Of a DNA stretch of 64,000 bases, positions 1 to 8,986 are shown piece after piece. The notes under the pieces were generated by a model. The model searched no databases and was not told the origin of the DNA. It worked only from the letters and a program-made list of their open reading frames with translations. The stretch is from a virus (taxonomy: Duplodnaviria > Caudoviricetes), in the IMG/VR virus record IMGVR_UViG_2893071988_000005, positions 1 through 64,000 of that record, one strand, 5' to 3'. Position numbers and translations under genes: made by a program. Every line of letters begins with the position of its first letter. Within the stretch, counting starts at the first letter, position 1.

Positions 1-62
1 ATGTTTTCCGATTTGGGGGAAACCGCAAAAAGAGAAGCGGAAACAATGCTTGAAAAAGCGAA

Positions 63-138
<76 letters not shown>

Positions 139-191
139 ACTCAGCGAGGGAGTTAGCATATTCTCCGCCGCTGTAAAGGGAAAAGGCGGCT

Positions 192-1139
192 TCAGATCGA
201 CCAGTTGCTGTCGAGGGCGGTTCTGGGGATGATTTCCTGGCAGCGCACCATCGAGCGGGGCAGGTTTTCGGCGAGGTGATCGATGAGGGCGCGCACGGCC
301 GGCAGCATGCCGTGGCGCGAGGTGAAAACGGCGTGCACGGTCGATTCCGCGCTGGTCCATTCCGGCAGGACCGGTGTCAGGAAGCCGCTGCGGAAGCCGC
401 GTTCGACGATCATGTCGGGCAAGAGGGCAAGGCCGATGCCTTCGATCGTCGCCCGCTCCAGCACGCTGAAATCCGAGCAGAGCAGCACGGGGGAATGGGA
501 GACGTCGTGTACCTCGCCGTTCTCGTGAAAGAGTGTCCAGATCGCCCGGGGGCTGTTTTCCTGCATGGAGAGTGTGGGTACGCGGCCGATCGTCTCGAGA
601 TCGACCGGGCCGTGCTGCTCCAGAAAGCGCGGGCTTGCAGCAAGATAGCGCCGCGTGCCGGCAAAGCGGCGCACGATCAGCGACTGGTCCGTGTCGTAGC
701 CGTCGCGCACGCGCAGGGCGATATCGATGCGCTCCTCGATGAGATCGACCGCGCGGCCGGTGGTGAGGATGGAGAGGCGGACGCCGGGATAGCGCTTCAT
801 GAAACCCGGCAGCACGTCGGCCACCATGGGGGCAAAACCCGGCGGCATCGACAGGCGCACGGTGCCCGCCGGTTCCGCCTTGGCGACTGCGATCACGGCC
901 TCGGCCGCCTCCACGCCGGAGAGCACGGCCTCGCAGCGCTCATAGAAGGACTGGCCGATATCGGTGATGGCGAGCTTGCGGGTGGAGCGCTCGATGAGGC
1001 GCACGCCGAGCTGTTCCTCCAGCGCCGCGATGCGCTTGCTGATCTTGGACTTGGGTACGGACAGGGCGTTTGCCGCGGCGGTAAAGCCCTTGTGGCGCAC
1101 CACGGCGGCGTAGAGCGCGAGATCGTTCAGGTCCTGCAT
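192..1139 (-). CDS. LysR-family transcriptional regulator (CrgA/DmlR-like)
   Basis: N-terminal HTH 'FTAAANALSVPKSKISKRIAALEEQLGVRLIERSTRKL' plus substrate-binding domain; divergent from azoR. Confidence 0.95.
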   Translation of the reverse strand: MQDLNDLALYAAVVRHKGFTAAANALSVPKSKISKRIAALEEQLGVRLIERSTRKLAITDIGQSFYERCEAVLSGVEAAEAVIAVAKAEPAGTVRLSMPPGFAPMVADVLPGFMKRYPGVRLSILTTGRAVDLIEERIDIALRVRDGYDTDQSLIVRRFAGTRRYLAASPRFLEQHGPVDLETIGRVPTLSMQENSPRAIWTLFHENGEVHDVSHSPVLLCSDFSVLERATIEGIGLALLPDMIVERGFRSGFLTPVLPEWTSAESTVHAVFTSRHGMLPAVRALIDHLAENLPRSMVRCQEIIPRTALDSNWSI

Positions 1140-1168
1140 GGGTGTCTCCGGGCGGTTTTGCGAATTAT

Positions 1169-1186
1169 TGTTTCCTCAGTGAAACA
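1169..1186. promoter_or_regulatory. Putative LysR binding site
   Basis: Palindrome TGTTTC-N6-GAAACA containing a T-N11-A box in the divergent lysR/azoR gap. Confidence 0.55.
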
Positions 1187-1270
1187 GTCAATTGGATTTT
1201 TGCTGTCTAATCGCGTGATTGTTTTCGGGACATATGTATCGCACCCAAACCGCAACCAAGGTGCTGATCC

Positions 1271-1894
1271 ATGAACATCCTCCATATCGATTCCGGCATT
1301 CTCGGCGATCATTCCGTCTCCCGCCGCCTGACGGCCGCTGTTGCCGCCCAGATCAAGGCCGAACAGCCTTCCGCCACCATCACCTACCGCGATCTCGTCG
1401 CCAATCCGCTGCCGCACCTGTCCGGTGCGCATCTGATGGCCGCCAATGCCAAGCCGGAAGAGCTCGACGCACAGATCGCCGCCGACGTCGCCGAAAGCAA
1501 GATCGTGCTCGACGAGTTCCTCGCGGCCGACACGGTCATTCTCGGCGTGCCCATGTACAACTTCTCCCTGCCCAGCCAGCTGAAGGCCTGGATCGACCGC
1601 GTTGCCGTCGCCGGCAAGACCTTCCGCTACACGGCCGAGGGGCCGGAAGGCCTCGCCAAGGGCAAGAAGGTCATCATCGTCTCCACCCGCGGCGGCCACT
1701 ACTCCGCCGGTCCGGCCGCCGCCATGGACCACCAGGAAAGCTACCTGAAGGTCGTGCTCGGCTTCTTCGGCATCACGGATGTCGAGGTGGTGCGTGCCGA
1801 AGGCCTGAACCTCAGCCCCGATTCGAAGATCGAGGCGATTTCCGAAGCCGAGCGCACCATCAACGGTCGCGGCGTGCTGAAGCTTGCCAGCTAG
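1271..1894 (+). CDS. azoR: FMN-dependent NADH-azoreductase
   Basis: 'HIDSGILGDHSVSRRL', 'PMYNFSLPSQLKAWIDR', 'AGKTFRYTAEGPEGL', 'STRGG' motifs. Confidence 0.93.
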   Translation: MNILHIDSGILGDHSVSRRLTAAVAAQIKAEQPSATITYRDLVANPLPHLSGAHLMAANAKPEELDAQIAADVAESKIVLDEFLAADTVILGVPMYNFSLPSQLKAWIDRVAVAGKTFRYTAEGPEGLAKGKKVIIVSTRGGHYSAGPAAAMDHQESYLKVVLGFFGITDVEVVRAEGLNLSPDSKIEAISEAERTINGRGVLKLAS

Positions 1895-1913
1895 GCGCTG
1901 CCCTTCGAAACGC

Positions 1914-1947
1914 AAAAGGCCCGCCGGTGAAAGCCGGTGGGCCTTTT
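1914..1947. terminator. Bidirectional intrinsic terminator
   Basis: AAAAGGCCCGCCGG-TGAAAG-CCGGTGGGCCTTTT between convergent genes. Confidence 0.85.
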
Positions 1948-1965
1948 CGTTTGTCAGCGGTCGGT

Positions 1966-2841
1966 TCAGCCCAGAAGGTGCCGCTGCGTGGCGTAAAGCG
2001 CGATCGCCGCGGCGTTCGAGACGTTGAGCGACTTGATCGCGCCGGGCATATCGAGCCGGGCGAGCGCCTTGCAGGTGGCGCGCGTCTTCTGCCGCAGGCC
2101 CTTGCCCTCCGCGCCCATGACGAGGGCGATGCGATCGCCCGAAAGCGTGCCCTCCAGCGGTTCCGGACCTTCCGAATCAAGGCCGATCGTCAGGAAACCG
2201 AGCTTGTGCAGCTCGTCCAGCGCGTCGGCGAGGTTGGTGATCTGGATATAGGGAATGAGCTCCAGCGCGCCCGAGGCCGTCTTGGCGAGCACGCCCGACT
2301 CGGTCGGCGAGTGGCGCTGCGTCGTGATGACCGCGCCGGCATTGAAGGCGACGGCCGAACGCATGATGGCGCCGACATTGTGCGGGTCCGTCACCTGGTC
2401 GAGCACCAGCAGCAGCGGACTGTCCTTCAGCGCTTCCAGCCGCCGGACGGGCAGGGGACGCGTCTCCAGCATGACGCCCTGATGGATCGCATCGGGGCCG
2501 AGCACCTTGTCTAGGTCGGACGGCAGCACGGTTTCGACCGGATAGGGCAGGGTGGAGAGATCGGGCAGCTCCAGCCGCTGGGCGGCGTTCTGGCTCACCG
2601 AAAGCTTGATGATCTTCCGTTCCGGATTGTCCAGCGCGGCGCGCACCGTGTGCAGGCCGTAGAGGTAGACCTGGTCGGGTGAAGCCGTCGGGGCCTTCCA
2701 GCCCTCCGCCGGTTTGCGACGACGGTCGTCCCGGGGTGTCGGAATCTCGCCGCGCTCGCGCCGCTGGTCGCGATGCGCCCGGCGCAATTTGGCATAGTGG
2801 GTGTCTTTTGCGGATTTGCCGCCGGTATCGTCTTTGCTCAT
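1966..2841 (-). CDS. rlmB: TrmH/SpoU-family 23S rRNA (G2251) 2'-O-methyltransferase
   Basis: 'LDQVTDPHNVGAIMRSA', 'MGAEGKGLR', 'SLNVSNAAAI' SPOUT motifs; 'HQGV'. Confidence 0.88.
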   Translation of the reverse strand: MSKDDTGGKSAKDTHYAKLRRAHRDQRRERGEIPTPRDDRRRKPAEGWKAPTASPDQVYLYGLHTVRAALDNPERKIIKLSVSQNAAQRLELPDLSTLPYPVETVLPSDLDKVLGPDAIHQGVMLETRPLPVRRLEALKDSPLLLVLDQVTDPHNVGAIMRSAVAFNAGAVITTQRHSPTESGVLAKTASGALELIPYIQITNLADALDELHKLGFLTIGLDSEGPEPLEGTLSGDRIALVMGAEGKGLRQKTRATCKALARLDMPGAIKSLNVSNAAAIALYATQRHLLG

Positions 2842-3032
2842 GCGGCCTTATAGACCAAGTCGCAGCGAAGTGTGCAGCGGTTTTGCACAAGGGACGGGCG
2901 AAAAACAGAAAAACATCGGCCGGAGGGCGGGATGCTCCGCTTCCGGTGGAGTGCCGGCGGCTTGCGAACCGTGCCGGCCGACCGCCGATTGGGGACGATG
3001 ACGTTTTTCGCAATTTTTTCCGTGGCCTCGTG

Positions 3033-3061
3033 TTGACAGGACGATTTGTGCCCGTCATATA
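3033..3061 (+). promoter_or_regulatory. Sigma70-type promoter of the tRNA-Tyr/tRNA-Gly operon
   Basis: TTGACA-N17-CATATA upstream of the tRNAs. Confidence 0.65.
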
Positions 3062-3137
3062 CGCCGCCAGATCGAAGGCGCTGGCCACAAGGCACTGCCC
3101 GCCGGTCGACACTGGTCGCTTGATCCCGACGGAATAT

Positions 3138-3222
3138 GGAGGGATGCCCGAGTGGTTAAAGGGGACGGACTGTAAATCCGTTGGCTCAGCCTACGTTGGT
3201 TCAAATCCAACTCCCTCCACCA
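3138..3222 (+). tRNA. tRNA-Tyr(GTA)
   Basis: GGAGGGATGCCCGAGTGG...CTGTAAA...long variable arm...GTTCAAATC...CACCA; 85 nt. Confidence 0.97.
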
Positions 3223-3247
3223 TTCCGTTGCACGGATCAAGACCCCC

Positions 3248-3321
3248 GCGGGTATAGCTCAATGGTAGAGCAGCAGCCTTCCAAGCTGAATACGCGGGTT
3301 CGATTCCCGCTACCCGCTCCA
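3248..3321 (+). tRNA. tRNA-Gly(TCC), probable prophage attachment site
   Basis: GCGGGTATAGCTCAATGG...CTTCCAA...GTTCGATTC...CTCCA; 74 nt; integrase stop codon 50 bp downstream. Confidence 0.96.
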
Positions 3322-3348
3322 ATACTTTCAATTACTTGGAAAAACGGC

Positions 3349-3374
3349 GTGTCACTCGTGTCACGTCATGTCAC
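3349..3374. repeat. Three RTGTCAC direct repeats, putative integrase arm-type sites
   Basis: GTGTCAC 3349, GTGTCAC 3358, ATGTCAC 3368, between the tRNA end and the integrase stop. Confidence 0.55.
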
Positions 3375-4513
3375 TTGCGCTTTTCAGCGCGCGCCTCGGC
3401 AACCTTCCTGCTTGCCTCAAGGCCATCGCCCCGGCTGTAGCGTCGGGTCGTCTTCGTAGTGGTGTGAGTCGCCAAATCACGAGCGGCTTCCAACGATCCG
3501 GTTGCTTCGACGGTTTCTGATACCGCGCCGGCTCGCGAATCCATCGACCACACATGTGCAGGAACTCCCGCCTTATCCCGCACGATGCGGAATTTTTCCG
3601 TGTAGCGATTCTCCCAGTATGGCTGCCCGGTGTTTTCGTCGATGACGACTGGGCCGATCTGAGGGATCGAGTAGGCCTTCAATGCTTCCTGAACCAGCGG
3701 CATAAGCTTCAGGTCGCGAGCGGCGTCGACGCCAGTCTTGCTCGTCGTGACCTTGAGGATCATGTCTTTGGAGATGTCGCCGACCGTCATGCCGCGCCAA
3801 CGGAATGGGCCGCCGTCCGGAGTTGGTTGCCATTCACCAATCACGTCGATGCGGCGCAGTGCCGATTCGAATTTCAGGGCTTCGACGAAGCCGATGGAAG
3901 GGCACTCCAGTTCTGCGCTCTTGCGAACGATCGCGAGGCACTGCTCGTAGGTCATGGCGACCTTCCGCGGCATTGGCTGCTCGAACCGCATGTCAGACAG
4001 TATCAAACGAGCGTCCGCGCACCCGTGAAGCTTTTCTCCGGCTCCGTAGGAGATCACTACCCTGAGGAGCTTGATCGCGCCAGACGCCCGCCTGTGGCCT
4101 TTCTTGCGCCATTGCTCGAACCAGCGAATGAAGTCGGAGGCTCGTAGGGCGTCGATACGTCGGCCGCCTACGGCATCCACCAAGATTCTGAGGCTAGGTT
4201 CATAGTCGCGGATCCGCGTTGAGTGCTTGACCCGGTGGATGCTACTCGTCTTGTCGGTCCGGTACAGATCAATAAGGGATTTGATCGTTCCGTCGTAGGT
4301 CGGTGATGCCCCGAGTTTACGGAGGTCGTCGCGGAGAAGCTGCGTTAACCGTTGGCACTCCTCCGCGATCTGTTCATCGGTCAAGCCATCTTCAAGCCGG
4401 CGAGTGCTCAGATAATCGGGAGCCCCCTTTATAGCCCTCTTCGGGCTCCAGTAATGGACGGCTGTCCCATCCTTGTTTTTCCGGCTTTGGTAGCCGGGCC
4501 TATCAGTCCTCAT
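3371..4513 (-). CDS. Tyrosine recombinase/integrase
   Basis: 'ALRRIDV' (Arg I), 'KTG', 'MDSRAG' (variant HxxR), 'ATHTTTKTTRRY' (His/Tyr); start MRTDRPGY chosen. Confidence 0.88.
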   Translation of the reverse strand: MRTDRPGYQSRKNKDGTAVHYWSPKRAIKGAPDYLSTRRLEDGLTDEQIAEECQRLTQLLRDDLRKLGASPTYDGTIKSLIDLYRTDKTSSIHRVKHSTRIRDYEPSLRILVDAVGGRRIDALRASDFIRWFEQWRKKGHRRASGAIKLLRVVISYGAGEKLHGCADARLILSDMRFEQPMPRKVAMTYEQCLAIVRKSAELECPSIGFVEALKFESALRRIDVIGEWQPTPDGGPFRWRGMTVGDISKDMILKVTTSKTGVDAARDLKLMPLVQEALKAYSIPQIGPVVIDENTGQPYWENRYTEKFRIVRDKAGVPAHVWSMDSRAGAVSETVEATGSLEAARDLATHTTTKTTRRYSRGDGLEASRKVAEARAEKRK

Positions 4514-4721
4514 CCCAGTTTTCCTTTCCATCAGGGGCGAGATTGCCCTGGGAGAGGATGCCAACCGGCTTCACCGAAAAGTCAACAGGTTTCGTCCCGC
4601 GGGCTGCCGGAAAAACGGTCGCTACCAACGTGGTCAGATCGATCTGCACGATGGCGCCTTGGTTCTCGGCGGCTTTGATAAGGCGTTCCGCGTCCTTCTG
4701 GCGCAATACGGACCGCTTCAT
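4503..4721 (-). CDS. Small protein in excisionase position
   Basis: 72 aa MKRSVLRQKDAERLIKAA...; overlaps the integrase start; function inferred from position only. Confidence 0.5.
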   Translation of the reverse strand: MKRSVLRQKDAERLIKAAENQGAIVQIDLTTLVATVFPAARGTKPVDFSVKPVGILSQGNLAPDGKENWDED

Positions 4722-4990
4722 GGTGTGGTGCCTGAAGAATGCAAGGGGTCGTGGGGGCGGCCCTCTTCGTCGAACAGGCCGGTGTGGACAATCCCGGGCG
4801 TCTCGGGGTTCCAATGGTACAGAGGGAACCAATGGCCGCACCCCTGGCAGCGGAACACGGCTGCGCTGGTACGCTCGGGGTCGTAGCCGTGCCGAGCCGC
4901 ATCATCTGCGGTCCACTCGGTCGCGACGAACGTGTGCCCCTCGTGGCCGTTGCCGCCGCATTTCGGGCAAAGTGGTGCGAGCGCCATCAT
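4718..4990 (-). CDS. Hypothetical Zn-ribbon protein
   Basis: CPKC...CQGC pairs; ATGA-coupled on both sides. Confidence 0.6.
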   Translation of the reverse strand: MMALAPLCPKCGGNGHEGHTFVATEWTADDAARHGYDPERTSAAVFRCQGCGHWFPLYHWNPETPGIVHTGLFDEEGRPHDPLHSSGTTP

Positions 4991-5292
4991 TCATCCTCCA
5001 GCACAAGAGGGATGACCTGTGGTTCCAGCGCGCAGCCGGCGCATATCAGCGCACGTTTGGTCGGCATCCTATGAGCGACCCTGGTCACCGGGGAGAGCGC
5101 CATGCCGAGGGCAGGGTGCCCCATCAACATGTCCATGCCGGCCTGCTGCTGGACCGCTGGCAGGTCAACAATGCATTGGCCGACGGTGACCTCGTAGAAG
5201 TGGATGTCGCCGCCGTGCATCATTCCCTTCTCGCAGAAGAAGCATTTCTCAAGCTCTGAGCGGTCGAGTGGTTTGGTGACTGGTGCTTTCAT
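4987..5292 (-). CDS. Hypothetical Zn-binding protein
   Basis: CFFC...CAGC; ATGA overlap at the start. Confidence 0.6.
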   Translation of the reverse strand: MKAPVTKPLDRSELEKCFFCEKGMMHGGDIHFYEVTVGQCIVDLPAVQQQAGMDMLMGHPALGMALSPVTRVAHRMPTKRALICAGCALEPQVIPLVLEDE

Positions 5293-5774
5293 CGCGTTGA
5301 ACTCCAGACGATCGTCGGGTCGGTGCGTAGAACGAGTAGGGTGGCGGCCATGACGAGCAGGAAGGTTATCAATACCCACTTCGCTTTTGCGGCTGCCACG
5401 CGCTTCCGCTGTAGGTTGAAGAGCGCACGTTCACGAGCGGCCTCTTCGCGCGCATCGAAAGCAGCAATGTTCAGCTTGGTAATAGCCTCGTCCACCATGT
5501 GCGGCGAAAGACGCTGGCAGAGGTGGAGTTGGCTGGCGCTGATCAGCACGCGGTCATTTTCAGCTACGCCGCACAGCGCGTCGACGATGCGTACATCGTG
5601 GAACGGAAGGGATGCGGGCGGCATATACCGGACCCTTTTCGGGGCCGCCTCTCGCCATTCGCGCAATGCCGCCTCATATTCCTTTTTGCGGTGCAGGTAG
5701 TGATCGAGATAGGGGTGGATGGAGAGCCGAAGCATTCGAGCGGATACCCATGCCTTCGCGTCCTGGGTGCTCAT
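5289..5774 (-). CDS. Hypothetical protein with C-terminal transmembrane helix
   Basis: ATGA-coupled; 'WVLITFLLVMAATLLVL'. Confidence 0.6.
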   Translation of the reverse strand: MSTQDAKAWVSARMLRLSIHPYLDHYLHRKKEYEAALREWREAAPKRVRYMPPASLPFHDVRIVDALCGVAENDRVLISASQLHLCQRLSPHMVDEAITKLNIAAFDAREEAARERALFNLQRKRVAAAKAKWVLITFLLVMAATLLVLRTDPTIVWSSTR

Positions 5775-6109
5775 GCCGGCCATCCAGTCGCGCGGAAACC
5801 GACGCGCGCCAGTACCATGTCCTGTAGCCGGCTGATTTTCCGTTCAAACTCCGCATCATCGGAATGACGTCCGGGGAGATTTGAAAAGTCACGAGCCGCG
5901 TCCGATAGCTTGTTGAGGAGCGCGGTTTCCGCGGGGGTGATCATCGGCCTCGACAGACCGGCGACCGCCTGAGCGATTTCCTCGTCCTTGCCATCGGCGT
6001 TCATGATCTTGAGGACCGCGATGCACCGGCCGGCCGGGCCGTCCTTCACCATGAGCGACGAACCCACGATGCTGCTATGGGCCACCTTTTCGATGTGGAT
6101 CGATTTCAT
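5771..6109 (-). CDS. Hypothetical phage protein
   Basis: ATGA-coupled ORF MKSIHIEK... Confidence 0.55.
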   Translation of the reverse strand: MKSIHIEKVAHSSIVGSSLMVKDGPAGRCIAVLKIMNADGKDEEIAQAVAGLSRPMITPAETALLNKLSDAARDFSNLPGRHSDDAEFERKISRLQDMVLARVGFRATGWPA

Positions 6110-6543
6110 TCCGTTGGTCTCCGTTTCGGGAAGGGCCGCGTCGGCCATTTCGACTTCGGCTTCCCGCTCTTGCCCCCGTCCGGATCGGGGGCTTCGCACG
6201 ATTGCTTTGCCGTTAACCGGCGCCGGAATTCCGCTTGCTGTTTTTCGAGCCGCTTCATCTTCGCGATTGCGTGGATGTCGCCGCCCGCTGTCGTGATCCT
6301 CTTCTCGCCGCCTGGACCGTAGGTCTTTGGCTTGTGCTCGGTCTCGTGGACGAGCATGTCGATGAAGTCTGGATCGTTGGCCGGGGGGATCGTTTCCCCC
6401 GTTACCGGGTCGATCCGGCGCAAACCGAGCGCCGGATTGTGATCGAACTGCACCTCCTCGATTTTCAAGCCCATGCGGCGGAGGGCGACCTCGAGCTTGA
6501 TGCGGTCAGGGATTTTCTTTCTGACTGTCCGTGTCGTGCCCAT
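6106..6543 (-). CDS. HNH-like protein
   Basis: 'QFDHNPALGLR...HKPKT...DIHAIAKMKR', basic C-terminus. Confidence 0.6.
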   Translation of the reverse strand: MGTTRTVRKKIPDRIKLEVALRRMGLKIEEVQFDHNPALGLRRIDPVTGETIPPANDPDFIDMLVHETEHKPKTYGPGGEKRITTAGGDIHAIAKMKRLEKQQAEFRRRLTAKQSCEAPDPDGGKSGKPKSKWPTRPFPKRRPTE

Positions 6544-6721
6544 GGTGCCCGTTCAATGCGCTGAGCATTGTGCCGATAAGGCTCAGATCAAGGACTTGGC
6601 AGACGACCCCCTCGTCGTTGCCGGCGCGAACCTCTTCCTCGGTGACACGTTCCTCCGCGATGAAATGGGACGTTTCGCCGATGTTCGAGTAGCTCACGCT
6701 AATTGCCTTGTATTTCTTCAT
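6506..6721 (-). CDS. Small hypothetical protein (AT-richer)
   Basis: MKKYKAISVSY... preceded by AGGAAAGAG; lower-GC context. Confidence 0.4.
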   Translation of the reverse strand: MKKYKAISVSYSNIGETSHFIAEERVTEEEVRAGNDEGVVCQVLDLSLIGTMLSALNGHHGHDTDSQKENP

Positions 6722-6917
6722 TTTTCTCTTTCCTGAAATACTCACCACTTGCCACCGCACGCACGTATTGATCGTTTTGTGCAGCCCTCCCAGTTGCTCA
6801 CCGGTTGCGGCAGTTGAGCGTCGTGGTTCACGGCTGGTCAATGCACCCAAACAAATCGTGATGCCGTTTTGGGACAGTTTGGCGAGAATTCGTTTGTTAA
6901 GATTAAGGGCTAAGATT

Positions 6918-7646
6918 TTAGAAAACCGTCGTTTTGCTCCTGTGAATTGCGAGCCAATGGCGGGCCGTCGCCTTGGTTTCTTCGTCGAATTCCTTCTTCA
7001 ATACCCATTCTAGAAGGCCGGTATCGAGCTCGGACCACAGGCGACCATGATGCTCGCCTCCGAAGAGGACGCGCTTCTGGATCACAGGCTCGAAGGTGAG
7101 GCGGTGCAGGTCATCTGCGGAGCGCTCGCGGAGCAGGCAGAGCAGAATGCCGGCAGTGACGTGGGTGTCGGGGCCGGCGCGGTGCACTGGCATGGCCTGC
7201 CGAGGATCAACAAGCCCACGGCCGTCAAGGTCCAGCCAGTAGCGGAGGCACTGGTTCGAATATCCCGGCGCTTCGGGCCACAGGTGCTGGGCGCACGTCT
7301 TGGTGCAGATCCACTTGCGCCCTGGCGCGTCGAGGAACGCCATCTCGAATTTGGCATGGTGCGCGACGAGCATGCTGTTGAGCCCGCGGGATTTCTCTAC
7401 GAGAAGACGAGCGTTCTCCACCGGTGATATTGCGCCAGCGACATCGGCGTCACTGATGTGGTGGATGGCGCGCGCTTGCGGCGGGATAGGGTGCCCTGGG
7501 TTGACGAACCAGCTGATGGCCGCTGATGCTTCGCCGTCCTGAACAATCGTGATGCCGGTCTCGCAAACCTCAGCCGGTTTGCCGGCGAGCCTGGCCTTGT
7601 CGAAGTCAGTGGTCTCGAAGTCGACCACATGGAAAACCTGTGCCAC
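6918..7646 (-). CDS. DEDDh 3'-5' exonuclease (ExoX-like)
   Basis: 'VVDFETT', 'AIHHISD', 'VAHHAKFE', 'WICT', 'HRAGPD'. Confidence 0.85.
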   Translation of the reverse strand: MAQVFHVVDFETTDFDKARLAGKPAEVCETGITIVQDGEASAAISWFVNPGHPIPPQARAIHHISDADVAGAISPVENARLLVEKSRGLNSMLVAHHAKFEMAFLDAPGRKWICTKTCAQHLWPEAPGYSNQCLRYWLDLDGRGLVDPRQAMPVHRAGPDTHVTAGILLCLLRERSADDLHRLTFEPVIQKRVLFGGEHHGRLWSELDTGLLEWVLKKEFDEETKATARHWLAIHRSKTTVF

Positions 7647-7699
7647 GTTAAATCCTCAAAGGTAGTGGGGTGGAAGGGCCGCGCCGGCGGCCCTTCTGC

Positions 7700-8986
7700 T
7701 CATGCGTCGGACTGTACGGTTGATTCGGGAGCCGGGTATTTTGCGAGGTCGAGCTTATCGACGCCGAGCGCTTCCTTTGCCTCGTGGATGGTGAGGGAAA
7801 GCTCCGTCGCCCACGGAAGGCTCAGGCTGTCACGCTGGATCGTCCAGTCTACGGCTGCGATGAGGGCCCTTACGAAATCCCTGGCATGATCCGGTATCGC
7901 CTCCTGCCAGTTCACCGCGACCTGCTTAAGGTTCGCCCTGCGATCTTCCGGGCCTCGGCCTTCGTCCGTGGCAACGCCAAGAATTTTGGAGGCGGCTTCC
8001 GTCAGAAGGTCGATGTCCTTCGGCGGGATCATGACGTCAGGCAATGTGTCCGGTTTGTCGGCGAGGGGCTTCTTCTGGTCGTCCTTCCGGGGGGAGGCGT
8101 CGGGCCTCGCATGCAGCTTCGGGTGCTCGCGTTTGTCGGAGGTGGTCTGAGCGAAGTCCGCTTCAGGCTTACCGACGATCTTCTCCATCGGCTGCTGGCC
8201 ACTAGAAGGCAGCGCCGCCATGCCGGTGCCTTCGATTGTGCCAGCGGCGAATGGATTGAAACGCTCGACCTGACGCGGATTGTTCTGGAAATCGAACATC
8301 GAGTCCTGGCGCTCGAGCAGGCGGCGGATCTTATCGTTGTCGATTGAGATGTATTTCGAGCCGCGCCGGAGCACAGCTTTCTTCTTCATCTCGTCCTCCC
8401 ACTTCGTCCACGCTGGCGAGTTCGGGGCCTTGGACGCCTCCCTCACCTGGTCGAAGTCCTCAGCCGACATCGTTTCGAGGTGCATCACACGGAGGTGTTC
8501 GTCGCGGAAGATGACGTAGCCGCCAACGACCGGCCCCCGGGTCTCCTTGCTCGCGAACGGCTTCGACTTGTGTGAAAGCGAATCCGGGTTGGCCTCGTCG
8601 AGAACGAAATCGTCGTTCTCCCTGACAAGGCGGCAAACGATCTGGAATACACCGCCTAGCTCGCGCATCCGTTTGATGATGCCGTAGACCATCGGCTGGT
8701 AGTTGGCGACGTAGCGCTTCTCGTTTGTTTTACGGTCGGTCTCGAAGTAGGCCAGCAACACCGCTTCCTTGCTGTCCGGCACCAGGCCATCCGCGGCACA
8801 CTTCGAAATTTCACGGCGGATGCTTTCCGGCGTGCATTTCAGGATATCCGGCTCCTGCTGGACGGCGATCATGAAGGTAGACCGCAGGCGGTCGAAGGAA
8901 AGGCCGCTGTCGGCGAGGAGGGACGTAAGGTCGTCCCTGAACTCGTCGAGCATCGCAGCTGCGTCAGCGGTCGGCTGGTTGCTCAT
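7700..8986 (-). CDS. recT: RecT-family ssDNA annealing protein with long C-terminal extension
   Basis: 'ILKCTPESI...AADGLVPD...YQPMVYGII', 'PAWTKWEDEMKKKAVLRR'. Confidence 0.82.
   Translation of the reverse strand: MSNQPTADAAAMLDEFRDDLTSLLADSGLSFDRLRSTFMIAVQQEPDILKCTPESIRREISKCAADGLVPDSKEAVLLAYFETDRKTNEKRYVANYQPMVYGIIKRMRELGGVFQIVCRLVRENDDFVLDEANPDSLSHKSKPFASKETRGPVVGGYVIFRDEHLRVMHLETMSAEDFDQVREASKAPNSPAWTKWEDEMKKKAVLRRGSKYISIDNDKIRRLLERQDSMFDFQNNPRQVERFNPFAAGTIEGTGMAALPSSGQQPMEKIVGKPEADFAQTTSDKREHPKLHARPDASPRKDDQKKPLADKPDTLPDVMIPPKDIDLLTEAASKILGVATDEGRGPEDRRANLKQVAVNWQEAIPDHARDFVRALIAAVDWTIQRDSLSLPWATELSLTIHEAKEALGVDKLDLAKYPAPESTVQSDA

Noticed and set aside
5289-5774. Possible tenth paralogue ('LCQRLSPHMVDEAITKL')
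   Set aside because: It lacks the invariant Ala and Ser spacing and the Y-x4-R-x-aromatic motif, has a TM tail, and lies in a different operon.
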